Notes: generated from the sequence alone by a model not told the origin. A stretch of DNA of 64,000 nt from an uncultured Pseudomonadales bacterium (GCA_943787705.1 CALSNL010000002.1:451694-515693); one strand, 5' to 3'; numbered from the stretch's first letter, positions 34,001 to 42,634 are shown. Translations and numbers: made by a program.

Positions 34001-34171
34001 TTATCCACAACTTTTATGATTATTTTAAGTCCTATTAAAGAAAGGTAACCCATATTAAAACCATTAAATATCAACAACTTGAGAAAAAACAAACAAAAAC
34101 ATTGAAACAATCAAATAAAAGATTGTTTAAACAGATAAGAAGTTATTAACATATTAGCAAGCTGTGGATAT
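34001..34171. promoter_or_regulatory. DnaA boxes in the dnaA-rpmH intergenic region (dnaA autoregulation and/or Pseudomonas-type oriC candidate)
   Basis: Perfect TTATCCACA at 34001-34009. TGTGGATAT (reverse complement ATATCCACA, 8/9) at 34163-34171. Weaker TGTGGGAAA at 34174-34182. A strongly AT-rich tract at about 34010-34160 lies between them. Confidence 0.5.
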
Positions 34172-34448
34172 CTTGTGGGAAAGAAAGAAAAACTAACAAT
34201 TTAAAACAACTGTTGTAAGTACACACTACAGCTAAAAGCTTATCTTTAAAGGTGTAACTGAAAAAGACATTGTATATTTAGCAAACCCAATGATAAAAAA
34301 CAGCGCTGATAAATGAAAAGCTAAAAGGATCAACGATATAACCCAAGAAAAACCCTCCTAACAAGAAAAAAGTACATGCTTCTATTTATAGCTATTGCTA
34401 TAAAATGACAGCACTTTAAAATGATTTGCTATTAATTAGCGTTCGGCA

Positions 34449-34477
34449 TTGATCCCAGAAGCTTTTATGCGTAGAAT
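34449..34477 (+). promoter_or_regulatory. candidate sigma70 promoter of rpmH
   Basis: TTGATC (34449-34454), 17 bp spacer, TAGAAT (34472-34477). About 75 nt upstream of the rpmH ATG. Confidence 0.45.
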
Positions 34478-34553
34478 CCTGCGCCCTTTTGTGGGTGTTT
34501 GCATGCCTTAGGCACAAACATTTTGAACACGTAAATAATTTGGTAATAGAGCA

Positions 34554-34688
34554 ATGAAAAGAACTTTTCAACCCAGTACTTTAAAGCGTAAACGCAGTCA
34601 CGGCTTCCGTGCTCGTATGGCAACTAAAAATGGACGCGCACTTATTAATCGCCGTCGCGCTAAAGGCAGAAAACGTTTAACTGCGTAA
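34554..34688 (+). CDS. rpmH: 50S ribosomal protein L34
   Basis: Below the ORF-track size cut-off. My own translation is [44 protein letters not shown] (44 aa), the canonical L34 sequence. Confidence 0.97.
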   Translation: MKRTFQPSTLKRKRSHGFRARMATKNGRALINRRRAKGRKRLTA

Positions 34689-34841
34689 TATCTATTATTG
34701 ATCGCCAACGATATAGAGCTACTTTTATTGATAATAAATCAGTAATTCTATGTAACATCTGCTTTATATCGTGCGGCCGTCAGTGTTCGCTCTCTTCTTA
34801 GCATTTAAGTAGTCTGAGTTAAGTAGCCTGAGTTAATCAGT

Positions 34842-35237
34842 ATGGTGAATACAATAGAAACAAGCTGTCGCTTTCAGAAAGACAGGCGCTTACTGAATGC
34901 CCATCAGTATAAAAATGTCTTTGACAATGTAGATTGCAAACAGAGCGGTAAGTACTTTACTTTTCTCAGCACATCAAGCCAACAGGCCAAGCACAGGCTT
35001 GGTTTGATTATCGCTAAAAAACATATTCCTCTGGCTGTAAATAGAAACAAGATTAAGCGTGCCATTCGAGAAAGCTTTCGGCAACAACTTAATCATGAAA
35101 TTGTTAATACTCAAATGACATCTTTTGATGTTATTGTTCTTGCAAAATCCTCTGTTCGTCAGCTGGATAATGCACAGCTCAACGAGGAGCTAAGTAAACA
35201 ATGGCTCCGTCTAATAGCAAAACGCCAACAACTTTAA
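34842..35237 (+). CDS. rnpA: ribonuclease P protein component
   Basis: 131 aa. Motifs RLGLIIAKKHIPLAVNRNKIKRAIRESFR and DVIVLAK. Lies between rpmH and yidD. Confidence 0.93.
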   Translation: MVNTIETSCRFQKDRRLLNAHQYKNVFDNVDCKQSGKYFTFLSTSSQQAKHRLGLIIAKKHIPLAVNRNKIKRAIRESFRQQLNHEIVNTQMTSFDVIVLAKSSVRQLDNAQLNEELSKQWLRLIAKRQQL

Positions 35238-35560
35238 ATCCTTTTCTCAATATTTTGAGCCAAGTAGCTATTTTCCTAATAGCGGCTTATCAATTACTTC
35301 TGAGTCCTTTACTGGGTCCACGTTGTCGCTTTTATCCGAGCTGCTCTAGTTATGCTAAACAAGCCTTTAAAGAACAAGGTTTTAGCCGCGGTAGTATACT
35401 TACCTTAAAACGATTAGCTAAATGTCATCCTTTTAATAAGGGTGGCATTGACGAACTACCTGCTGAAAAAACATCAGCAGGCAATTTATTTTATGGAAAG
35501 ACTCAGATCGATCGGGAAAATACCGATCATGCACAAACTAACTGTACTCATTCTCACTAA
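35201..35560 (+). CDS. yidD: membrane protein insertion efficiency factor YidD (with C-terminal extension)
   Basis: Motifs YQLLLSPLLGPRCRFYPSCSSYAKQA and LKRLAKCHPFNKGGIDELP. Overlaps the rnpA 3' end, as is usual. Confidence 0.88.
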   Translation: MAPSNSKTPTTLNPFLNILSQVAIFLIAAYQLLLSPLLGPRCRFYPSCSSYAKQAFKEQGFSRGSILTLKRLAKCHPFNKGGIDELPAEKTSAGNLFYGKTQIDRENTDHAQTNCTHSH

Positions 35561-35580
35561 TTAAAGGCTACACATTAAGT

Positions 35581-37347
35581 ATGGACGTTCTTAAAAATCT
35601 ACCTCGCATCGCATTATTTACCCTTGTTGCTGGTATTGTTTTACTTATTCTAAAACAATGGGTCGAGTTCTCACCCAGCTATGATCAAGCCATAGCTGAT
35701 CGACAACAAGCGCTTAATGAAAGCCGAGTTCAAATGAATGAGGTTGAATACAATAACAACGAAGTTAATGAAGTTGTTAGCGAAGAAGATTATGAAACAG
35801 CGTTTGACCAACCTATAGCAAACGTAGCTTCTGAGAGTGCGAGCATTATTGAAGCAGTTACTGCACCTCAATCAGCCCGTAAGATTGTTGTCACTACAGA
35901 CACTATACGCGTAACGATTGATTCTCAAGGTGGCGATATTATTGAAGTCGCATTACTTAAACATCTCGAGAGTCTAGAAGAAAATGCTGAACCGATGCTA
36001 CTGTTAGAAAAATCGGGAGCAAGAACCTATACCGCGCAATCAGGCTTAACTGGACCAAACGGTACAGACGTTAGATCTACACGTGCTCGCTTTTATAGCG
36101 CACAGTCGAACTATGAAATGGTAGGAACCGATGATTTAGAAGTTGATTTAATATTCAATGATCCCAGCGGCATAAAACTGACGAAGCGCTATACCTTTAA
36201 ACAAGGTGAGTATTTAGTCGATGTAAATTACATAGTAAAAAATAATTCTGGTATCGATTGGCAAACAACTTTTTATTCACAAATTAGTCGCGACCAATCG
36301 GCTGATCCAGGCGCTGATACCGCAGGCTTCGGTATGAAGTCTTATTTAGGTGCAGCAACAACCACAGCAGATGATCCCTACAAGAAAATTAGCTTTAAAG
36401 ATATTAGTGAGGAAAATTTTCGAAATCAGTATGCGGGTGGTTGGGTAGCAATAATTCAACATTATTTTGTGAGTGCTTGGATCCCAGAACCTAACGCAAC
36501 CTATAATTACTATACCAAAGCGAGTAAATCAGGTTTAAACATCATTGGCTTTCATAAAGCTTTTGAAGTTGAAGCGGGTAATACAGCAACAATAGGCTCG
36601 CAATTTTATGCAGGCCCTAAATATCAGTATCGCTTAAAAGAAATAGCACCTCATCTTGATCTAACAATCGATTACGGTTGGTTATGGTGGATAGCACAAC
36701 CGCTTTATACCTTATTATATTTCTTTGCTACTGGCGAAGCGCATATGTTTGGTGAAGTCTATGATGTCTTTCCTGGGTTTGGAAACTGGGGTTTCTCTAT
36801 CATAATGCTGACCTTTGTTATTAAAGCGATCTTCTTCCGTTTGTCAGCAACCAGTTATCGCTCAATGGCGAATATGCGTCGCGTGCAACCTAAACTGTTA
36901 GCTGTTCGTGAAAAACATGCAAACGATAAACAAGCTCAATCAAAAGCGATGATGGAGTTATATCAAAAGGAAAAAATCAATCCACTAGGTGGCTGCCTGC
37001 CTATTCTTGTACAAATGCCAGTATTTATTGCTTTGTACTGGGCACTTATGGAAAGTGTTGAATTAAGACATGCACCATTTATTGGTTGGATAACCGATTT
37101 ATCAGTTATGGATCCTTATTTTGTGTTGCCGTTAATCATGGGTATTACCATGTTCTTGCAACAAAAAATGAATCCGCCACCTGCAGATCCTATGCAAGCA
37201 AAAATAATGCAATGGATGCCGGTCGTGTTTACATTATTCTTTGTATTCTTCCCAGCAGGCCTTGTTGTTTATTGGGTATCAAATAATATATTGTCGATTT
37301 CCCAGCAGTGGTATATCACTCGACAAATTGAAAAAGCGCATAGTTAG
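35581..37347 (+). CDS. yidC: membrane protein insertase YidC
   Basis: 588 aa with a large periplasmic P1 domain. Motifs YQKEKINPLGGCLPILVQMPVFIALY and GLVVYWVSNN. Confidence 0.96.
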   Translation: MDVLKNLPRIALFTLVAGIVLLILKQWVEFSPSYDQAIADRQQALNESRVQMNEVEYNNNEVNEVVSEEDYETAFDQPIANVASESASIIEAVTAPQSARKIVVTTDTIRVTIDSQGGDIIEVALLKHLESLEENAEPMLLLEKSGARTYTAQSGLTGPNGTDVRSTRARFYSAQSNYEMVGTDDLEVDLIFNDPSGIKLTKRYTFKQGEYLVDVNYIVKNNSGIDWQTTFYSQISRDQSADPGADTAGFGMKSYLGAATTTADDPYKKISFKDISEENFRNQYAGGWVAIIQHYFVSAWIPEPNATYNYYTKASKSGLNIIGFHKAFEVEAGNTATIGSQFYAGPKYQYRLKEIAPHLDLTIDYGWLWWIAQPLYTLLYFFATGEAHMFGEVYDVFPGFGNWGFSIIMLTFVIKAIFFRLSATSYRSMANMRRVQPKLLAVREKHANDKQAQSKAMMELYQKEKINPLGGCLPILVQMPVFIALYWALMESVELRHAPFIGWITDLSVMDPYFVLPLIMGITMFLQQKMNPPPADPMQAKIMQWMPVVFTLFFVFFPAGLVVYWVSNNILSISQQWYITRQIEKAHS

Positions 37348-37388
37348 TTAATGGCTAGCGCTGCTTAACTGACTATATAGACAACGAT

Positions 37389-38771
37389 ATGGACAACGAT
37401 ACTATTACCGCTATTGCTACTGCAGCAGGAAAAGGCGGTATTGGTATTGTTCGTCTTTCAGGTCCAAAATCTTTAGCTATTGCTGCGCAATTAACACAAA
37501 CAGATTTATCTCCTCGCCACGCATTATTCTCATCCTTTGTTGATAAAAATCTTGAAAAGATTGATGAAGGTATCGCCTTATATTTTCCTAGACCACACTC
37601 CTTTACCGGTGAAGACGTTGTTGAGCTACAAGGGCATGGTGGAGCTGTTGTTCTTAATCTTTTACTCGCAGAAACAGTAAAGCTTGGGGCACGTATAGCA
37701 AGGCCTGGTGAGTTCTCAGAGCGCGCATTCTTAAACGATAAAATAGATTTAGTCCAAGCTGAAGCAATTGCGGATATTATTGAAAGTCGCTCAGAGACAG
37801 CTGCAAGGTCAGCCATGCGGTCATTGAGTGGTGAGTTTTCAAAAAAGATACAGACACTGACTAACGAGATAACTAAGCTTAGAATTTATGTAGAAGCCGC
37901 AATTGATTTTCCTGAAGAAGAGGTTGATTTTGTTTCTGACGGTTACGTATTGAATGAGCTAAACCAGTTAAGTAGTTCAATAGAAGCTATTTGGCGGCAG
38001 GCAAAGCAAGGCAGTTTAATTCGTGATGGTGTATCGGTTGTTATTATTGGGAAACCGAATGCGGGTAAATCGAGTTTATTAAACTTATTAGCTGGTGACG
38101 ATTTAGCGATCGTTAATCAACGAGCCGGCACGACTCGCGATATTTTACGCGAGGATATACAAATTGATGGATTGCCTTTACGGATAATAGATACCGCAGG
38201 ATTGCGTGATTCTGATGACGAGATAGAGCAAGAAGGAATACGTCGTGCTAAAAAAGAAATAGAAAAAGCTGATGTTATTTTATTTATGCGTGATTCGGTT
38301 ACGGAAGGTGCGTTTGCTGAAGATAAAAAACAAACAATAGAAAGTATTCATAAAGAGCTTTCAAGTTTTGAAATAATACCGCTTAAATCAACTTCGTTTA
38401 TTGTTGTGAATAATAAAATAGATATAAGTGGTTCTAGGGCTTCGGTGGATACGAATAATTATTTTACTGAGGTTTCTTTGTCGGCCAAAACAGGTGATGG
38501 ATTTAACTTGTTTACAAAGAGCCTTAAGACGCTTTGTGGTTTTAGTGATAGTGAGAATAACTTTGTTGCACGTAGTCGTCATATTGAGGCGATTGATAAT
38601 GCGCGGGGTTATATTTTAGAGGGTAAGAAACAGTTGCTGGAGAATCAAGCGGGTGAGCTGCTAGCTGAGGATTTAAGACAGGCGCAGAATTATTTGGGGA
38701 TGATAACAGGTAAGGTTTCTTCTGATGATTTGCTTGGTGAGATATTTTCTAGTTTTTGTATTGGGAAATGA
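37389..38771 (+). CDS. mnmE: tRNA modification GTPase MnmE
   Basis: 460 aa. DTITAIATAAGKGGIGIVRLSG, G1 motif GKPNAGKSSLLN, DTAGLR, C-terminal CIGK. Confidence 0.96.
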   Translation: MDNDTITAIATAAGKGGIGIVRLSGPKSLAIAAQLTQTDLSPRHALFSSFVDKNLEKIDEGIALYFPRPHSFTGEDVVELQGHGGAVVLNLLLAETVKLGARIARPGEFSERAFLNDKIDLVQAEAIADIIESRSETAARSAMRSLSGEFSKKIQTLTNEITKLRIYVEAAIDFPEEEVDFVSDGYVLNELNQLSSSIEAIWRQAKQGSLIRDGVSVVIIGKPNAGKSSLLNLLAGDDLAIVNQRAGTTRDILREDIQIDGLPLRIIDTAGLRDSDDEIEQEGIRRAKKEIEKADVILFMRDSVTEGAFAEDKKQTIESIHKELSSFEIIPLKSTSFIVVNNKIDISGSRASVDTNNYFTEVSLSAKTGDGFNLFTKSLKTLCGFSDSENNFVARSRHIEAIDNARGYILEGKKQLLENQAGELLAEDLRQAQNYLGMITGKVSSDDLLGEIFSSFCIGK

Positions 38772-38797
38772 TTTTTTCTTTTATTTAATAGGGTTTT

Positions 38798-39596
38798 TAT
38801 ATTCTGGGTTTTTACTTTTTCTGTTTGATTTTTCAATCAAGACCGTCGGGGTGGCCCGACACGCCAGTCACTTTTCTTTGCTTGTGCAAAGAAAAGTAAC
38901 CAAAAGAAAGCACACAATCTGACGAAGATTGACCCCGATATAACCTATTCGCTTTGGGGTGGTTTTATCCAGTACATCTTAGCAGCGCCTACGAAAACGT
39001 TTTTCACTCGACTTAATTGCTCGTCAATATCTGAGCTCGCCTCCAGCCAATATCATTCTGATCCCTCAGACTTTTCAAAACACAATGCGGCTACAACGAA
39101 CAAGTTCAGTAGAGCTTCTTTTTATTTTAGAACAAGTAAAAACCGTGCCTAACGGCCGGCTTTTACTATTGAGCTCCGCATGCCGCTCAAAAGGAAAAAA
39201 AGAAAAAAGAGTAGAACTACTATTTCGCTCAAAGGTAAAATTGGACGTAAAGCTTGATGCAAGTGCAGCACAAAAAAAGTACCCCCTATACCGCTTGGCG
39301 ATAATCTCTCTGGAACTGCTGGACAGAAAACACTACGAGATGCACCCGTCGTGGTTAAGCTTCGCCGTTAAGCTTACGGCATTTTTTGGTTACTTTTTGT
39401 TGCTGTAGACAAAAAGTGACTGGCTGTCGGGCCACCCCCGACGACCTTGAATTTAAAACTTAAAAAATAGAAGTAAACAACCAGAATATAAGAGCACTAT
39501 CAGGTGGGGCTTAAAGATCTAGATTCTGGCTGTCGGGCCACCCCCGACGACCTTGAACTTAAAACTCAAACAAAAAAGTAAAACCTCAGAATATCG
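38798..39596 (+). mobile_element. non-coding MITE-like structured element, copy A (614 bp core at 38837-39450 plus repeated arm units)
   Basis: Terminal inverted repeats TCAAGACCGTCGGGGTGGCCCGACACGCCAGTCACTTTT (from 38837) and AAAAGTGACTGGCTGTCGGGCCACCCCCGACGACCTTGA (to 39450). GC hairpins GTCGGG-N5-CCCGAC at 38845-38860, 39426-39442 and 39532-39548. Subterminal AT hairpins at 38871-38896 and 39393-39416. About 97.5 percent identical to the reverse complement of 56552-57165. No credible ORF. Confidence 0.6.
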
Positions 39597-39622
39597 ACTA
39601 ACCAAAACAACTAACACTACGC

Positions 39623-40177
39623 TTATGCCGCCTGCCAATCCCGACTCCCACCCCGAAACCTCGACTTCAAATATTCCATCTGATCACCAATAATCTGCCT
39701 ATTACTCAAATACATAAACTCATAAATATTCGGCGTAAACGGCACCGCCAGTAACTCCATCCCCGCCTCCTCTGGTGTTCGTGCTCCTTTAAAGCTATTA
39801 CAACGCTGGCAAGCAGCCACAAGGTTCTGCCAGCTATCCTGACCTCCCTGCGAAGATGGAATAATATGATCTCGAGTTAACAAGCCATAAGGAAACTGTT
39901 TACCACAATAAAGACAAAAGTGATCATCACGCCTAAAAAGCGTTCGATTAGATAAAGCTGGAGTTAAACATTGTCGCGAAGTCTTACCATCGCAAGCAAT
40001 AATTGGAGGGATAGATAATATTGATCGATAACCTTTGCGATTGTAGCCGCCATGGAGAATAGAACGCCTACTCCCTAAACTCCATACCACTTGTTGCTTA
40101 ACGCAAAGTGTTGCTGCAATTTCCTTAGAAACCCAACATTGTGGCAAACCAGCTTTATTTAATCGCAATATTTTCAC
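39623..40177 (-). CDS. free-standing HNH endonuclease (McrA/COG1403-like, with N-terminal domain of unknown function)
   Basis: 184 aa. HNH/zinc motif CLYCGKQ...LTRDHIIPSSQGGQDSWQNLVAACQRCNSFKG. Occupies the slot between mnmE and mnmG, where enterics carry mioC. Confidence 0.85.
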   Translation of the reverse strand: MKILRLNKAGLPQCWVSKEIAATLCVKQQVVWSLGSRRSILHGGYNRKGYRSILSIPPIIACDGKTSRQCLTPALSNRTLFRRDDHFCLYCGKQFPYGLLTRDHIIPSSQGGQDSWQNLVAACQRCNSFKGARTPEEAGMELLAVPFTPNIYEFMYLSNRQIIGDQMEYLKSRFRGGSRDWQAA

Positions 40178-40259
40178 AAGTTACCTTAAATAAGTTGTGC
40201 TAAATAAATTAAATATCAGTTTTTTAATAATAAACGCAGTTTTTTTTCATCTCAATAGC

Positions 40260-40530
40260 TGTGTGTAAACACTTGAGCAGCTGTGCATAAAGAACATATT
40301 TATACACAGAAATACGGCCTTTTGATTTTTATGCCAAAAGTTTAAGTTTTTAACTCTCAGCTTGGCAGCAGCTTAGACACGCTTTACCTCTGCAGTTATG
40401 CTTGCTGTAAGTAGCTGTAATCAATAAGTAAAAAGGGGTTTTCCACAGCAAAATGCTTTGCTTATTATTACTATATTATATAAATATCTATATATACATA
40501 AAGACATATACATAAGAAATAAAAAGATAA
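40260..40530. other. candidate E. coli/Vibrio-type oriC: DnaA-box cluster plus AT-rich unwinding region upstream of mnmG
   Basis: DnaA-box matches: TGTGTGTAA 40260-40268 (8/9), TGTGCATAA 40282-40290 (reverse complement TTATGCACA, 9/9 to TTATNCACA), TTATACACA 40300-40308 (9/9), TTTTCCACA 40439-40447 (8/9). An AT-rich stretch at 40450-40530 follows, with the tandem 12-13-mers ATATACATAAAGA (40492-40504) and ATATACATAAGA (40506-40517) on the mnmG-proximal side. I saw no GATC sites here. Confidence 0.5.
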
Positions 40531-40679
40531 GAAAGTCCATTCAAAGGTCTCAAGCAATACGTTTAATCAGGGCTGTTCAGCCTGAAATTTAATGTTATAT
40601 TGCGCGGCCTGCTTGCAAGGATGTCGTTAAATAACCATCCTAAGCTAACAAACCAATACGAGATACAGACTCAAAACTC

Positions 40680-42620
40680 ATGCGATACCCTGATAACTTC
40701 GATGTCATTGTGATTGGTGGCGGCCATGCCGGTACCGAAGCGGCGCTTGCTGCAGCTCGCATGGGCAGTAAAACACTGCTGTTGACTCACAACATCGAAA
40801 CATTGGGCCAGATGTCATGCAACCCAGCGATTGGCGGCATAGGCAAAAGTCATTTGGTCAAAGAGATCGATGCACTTGGTGGCGCAATGGCTATTGCTGC
40901 CGACCATGGTGGTATTCAGTTTCGTGTTTTGAACGCAAGAAAGGGCCCTGCCGTTAGAGCAACTCGAGCACAAGCCGATCGCGTTTTGTACAAAGCAGCT
41001 ATTCGATCGATTCTTGAGAATCAAGCTAACCTCACTATTTTTCAAGCGTCGGTTGATGATTTAATTATCAATGAGAGCGTAGCAACCCCGGTAGTTACTG
41101 GGGTTATAACAAATATCGGCTTGGAGTTTCACGGTAAAACGGTTGTTTTATCTGCTGGCACATTCCTTGGCGGTAAAATTCATATTGGCTTAGATAATCA
41201 TTCAGGTGGTCGAGCCGGTGATCCGCCATCCATTGCTTTGGCAAATAGATTACGCGAATTACCCTTTCGAGTCGGCCGTTTAAAAACAGGTACCCCTCCT
41301 CGTATTGATGCAAAAACTGTCGATTTCTCTGAGTTACAAGAGCAAAAAGGTGATACACCGCTTCCGGTTATGTCGTTTCTTGGCAGTGTCGATGACCATC
41401 CGGAGCAGGTGAGTTGTTATATCACCCATACCAATGAGCAAACGCACAATATTATTCGTGAAGGTCTCGATAGATCACCTATGTACACAGGGGTGATTGA
41501 GGGAACAGGACCACGTTATTGCCCATCGGTAGAAGATAAAATTCATCGCTTTGCCGATAAATCCTCGCATCAGATCTTTATTGAGCCAGAAGGGTTAAAT
41601 ACCCATGAGCTCTACCCAAATGGTATATCGACTAGCTTACCTTTTGATATTCAAATACGTATGGTTCGTAGTATCAAAGGCTTTGAGAATGCCCATATTA
41701 CGCGGGCTGGCTATGCCATAGAGTATGATTTTTTTGATCCTAGAGATTTAAAACCAAGTTTGGAAACCCGCTTTATTGATGGTTTATTCTTTTGTGGCCA
41801 AATTAACGGCACAACTGGTTACGAAGAAGCCGGCGCCCAAGGTCTGTTAGCTGGAACGAATGCATCGCTGAAAGCACAAGATCGGGAGTCTTGGTGTCCA
41901 GGTCGTGATTTAGCGTATATCGGTGTAATGGTCGATGACTTGATCACTTTGGGGACTCAAGAACCTTATCGCATGTTTACTAGTCGTGCTGAATATCGAC
42001 TCATATTACGTGAAGATAATGCCGATGCTCGACTCACAGAAGTGGGTCGATCCTTAGGATTAATTGACGAAAATCGATGGCGAGCGTTTAGTGAAAAGCA
42101 AGAAATTATAGCGCGTGAAGAACAGCGATTATCTTCAACTTGGGTTCAGCCTGATTCAAGTACGGCCGAAAAATTGAATCCAAAACTCAAAAACCCATTA
42201 AGTCGTGAGTATAATTTAGCCGATTTATTAAAGCGTCCAGAGCTAAATATTAACGATATTTACGATGCTACTGACTTAAAAATCAATCATCAACAAGCCA
42301 AAGAACAAATAGAAATTACGGCAAAATATGCTGGTTATATTGATCGTCAACAAGACGATATTAATAAACTTCGCCGTCATGAAAAAACCAAAATTCCGGC
42401 AGATTTTGACTTTAGTTCAGTGTCTGGTTTAAGCAATGAAGTGAAGCAAAAATTGAATGACGCTAAGCCTGAAAGTTTAGGACGAGCCAGTCGAGTGCCG
42501 GGTGTGACCCCTGCCGCTATTTCCCTTTTGCTTATTTTTCTAAAAAAATTAGGTCATCTTGAGAATTTGGATTTGAATGAATCAGATATTCAAAAAAGTA
42601 AAAACCAACAAGTTCTTTAG
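40680..42620 (+). CDS. mnmG: tRNA uridine 5-carboxymethylaminomethyl modification enzyme MnmG (GidA)
   Basis: 646 aa. [19 protein letters not shown] motif, [20 protein letters not shown]. Confidence 0.97.
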   Translation: MRYPDNFDVIVIGGGHAGTEAALAAARMGSKTLLLTHNIETLGQMSCNPAIGGIGKSHLVKEIDALGGAMAIAADHGGIQFRVLNARKGPAVRATRAQADRVLYKAAIRSILENQANLTIFQASVDDLIINESVATPVVTGVITNIGLEFHGKTVVLSAGTFLGGKIHIGLDNHSGGRAGDPPSIALANRLRELPFRVGRLKTGTPPRIDAKTVDFSELQEQKGDTPLPVMSFLGSVDDHPEQVSCYITHTNEQTHNIIREGLDRSPMYTGVIEGTGPRYCPSVEDKIHRFADKSSHQIFIEPEGLNTHELYPNGISTSLPFDIQIRMVRSIKGFENAHITRAGYAIEYDFFDPRDLKPSLETRFIDGLFFCGQINGTTGYEEAGAQGLLAGTNASLKAQDRESWCPGRDLAYIGVMVDDLITLGTQEPYRMFTSRAEYRLILREDNADARLTEVGRSLGLIDENRWRAFSEKQEIIAREEQRLSSTWVQPDSSTAEKLNPKLKNPLSREYNLADLLKRPELNINDIYDATDLKINHQQAKEQIEITAKYAGYIDRQQDDINKLRRHEKTKIPADFDFSSVSGLSNEVKQKLNDAKPESLGRASRVPGVTPAAISLLLIFLKKLGHLENLDLNESDIQKSKNQQVL

Positions 42621-42634
42621 ATTCTTGCCAGTAA

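Noticed and set aside
37373-37816. 147 aa ORF antisense to the 5' part of mnmE
   Set aside because: It lies completely inside the well-supported mnmE CDS on the opposite strand, has an Ala/Ser/Pro-rich shadow-frame composition, and shows no independent start signals.
38725-38922. 65 aa ORF spanning the mnmE 3' end and the left arm of element A, and the 75 aa ORF at 57084-57311 in element B
   Set aside because: They read through AT-rich arm sequence and GC hairpins, overlap a real gene end, are not conserved as frames between the two copies, and have a Phe/Leu-rich nonsense composition.
39085-39408. 107 aa ORF (and its 87 aa counterpart at 56594-56857) inside the repeated element, considered as a possible element-encoded protein
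   Set aside because: It has no Shine-Dalgarno sequence. A 1-nt indel between the copies (TAGAGC versus TAGGC) frameshifts the upstream third. The sequence is low-complexity and Lys/Leu-rich, ends inside the subterminal hairpin, and resembles no protein family I know. I treat it as non-coding, although the conserved 3' half is flagged separately as a possible RNA or small-ORF region.
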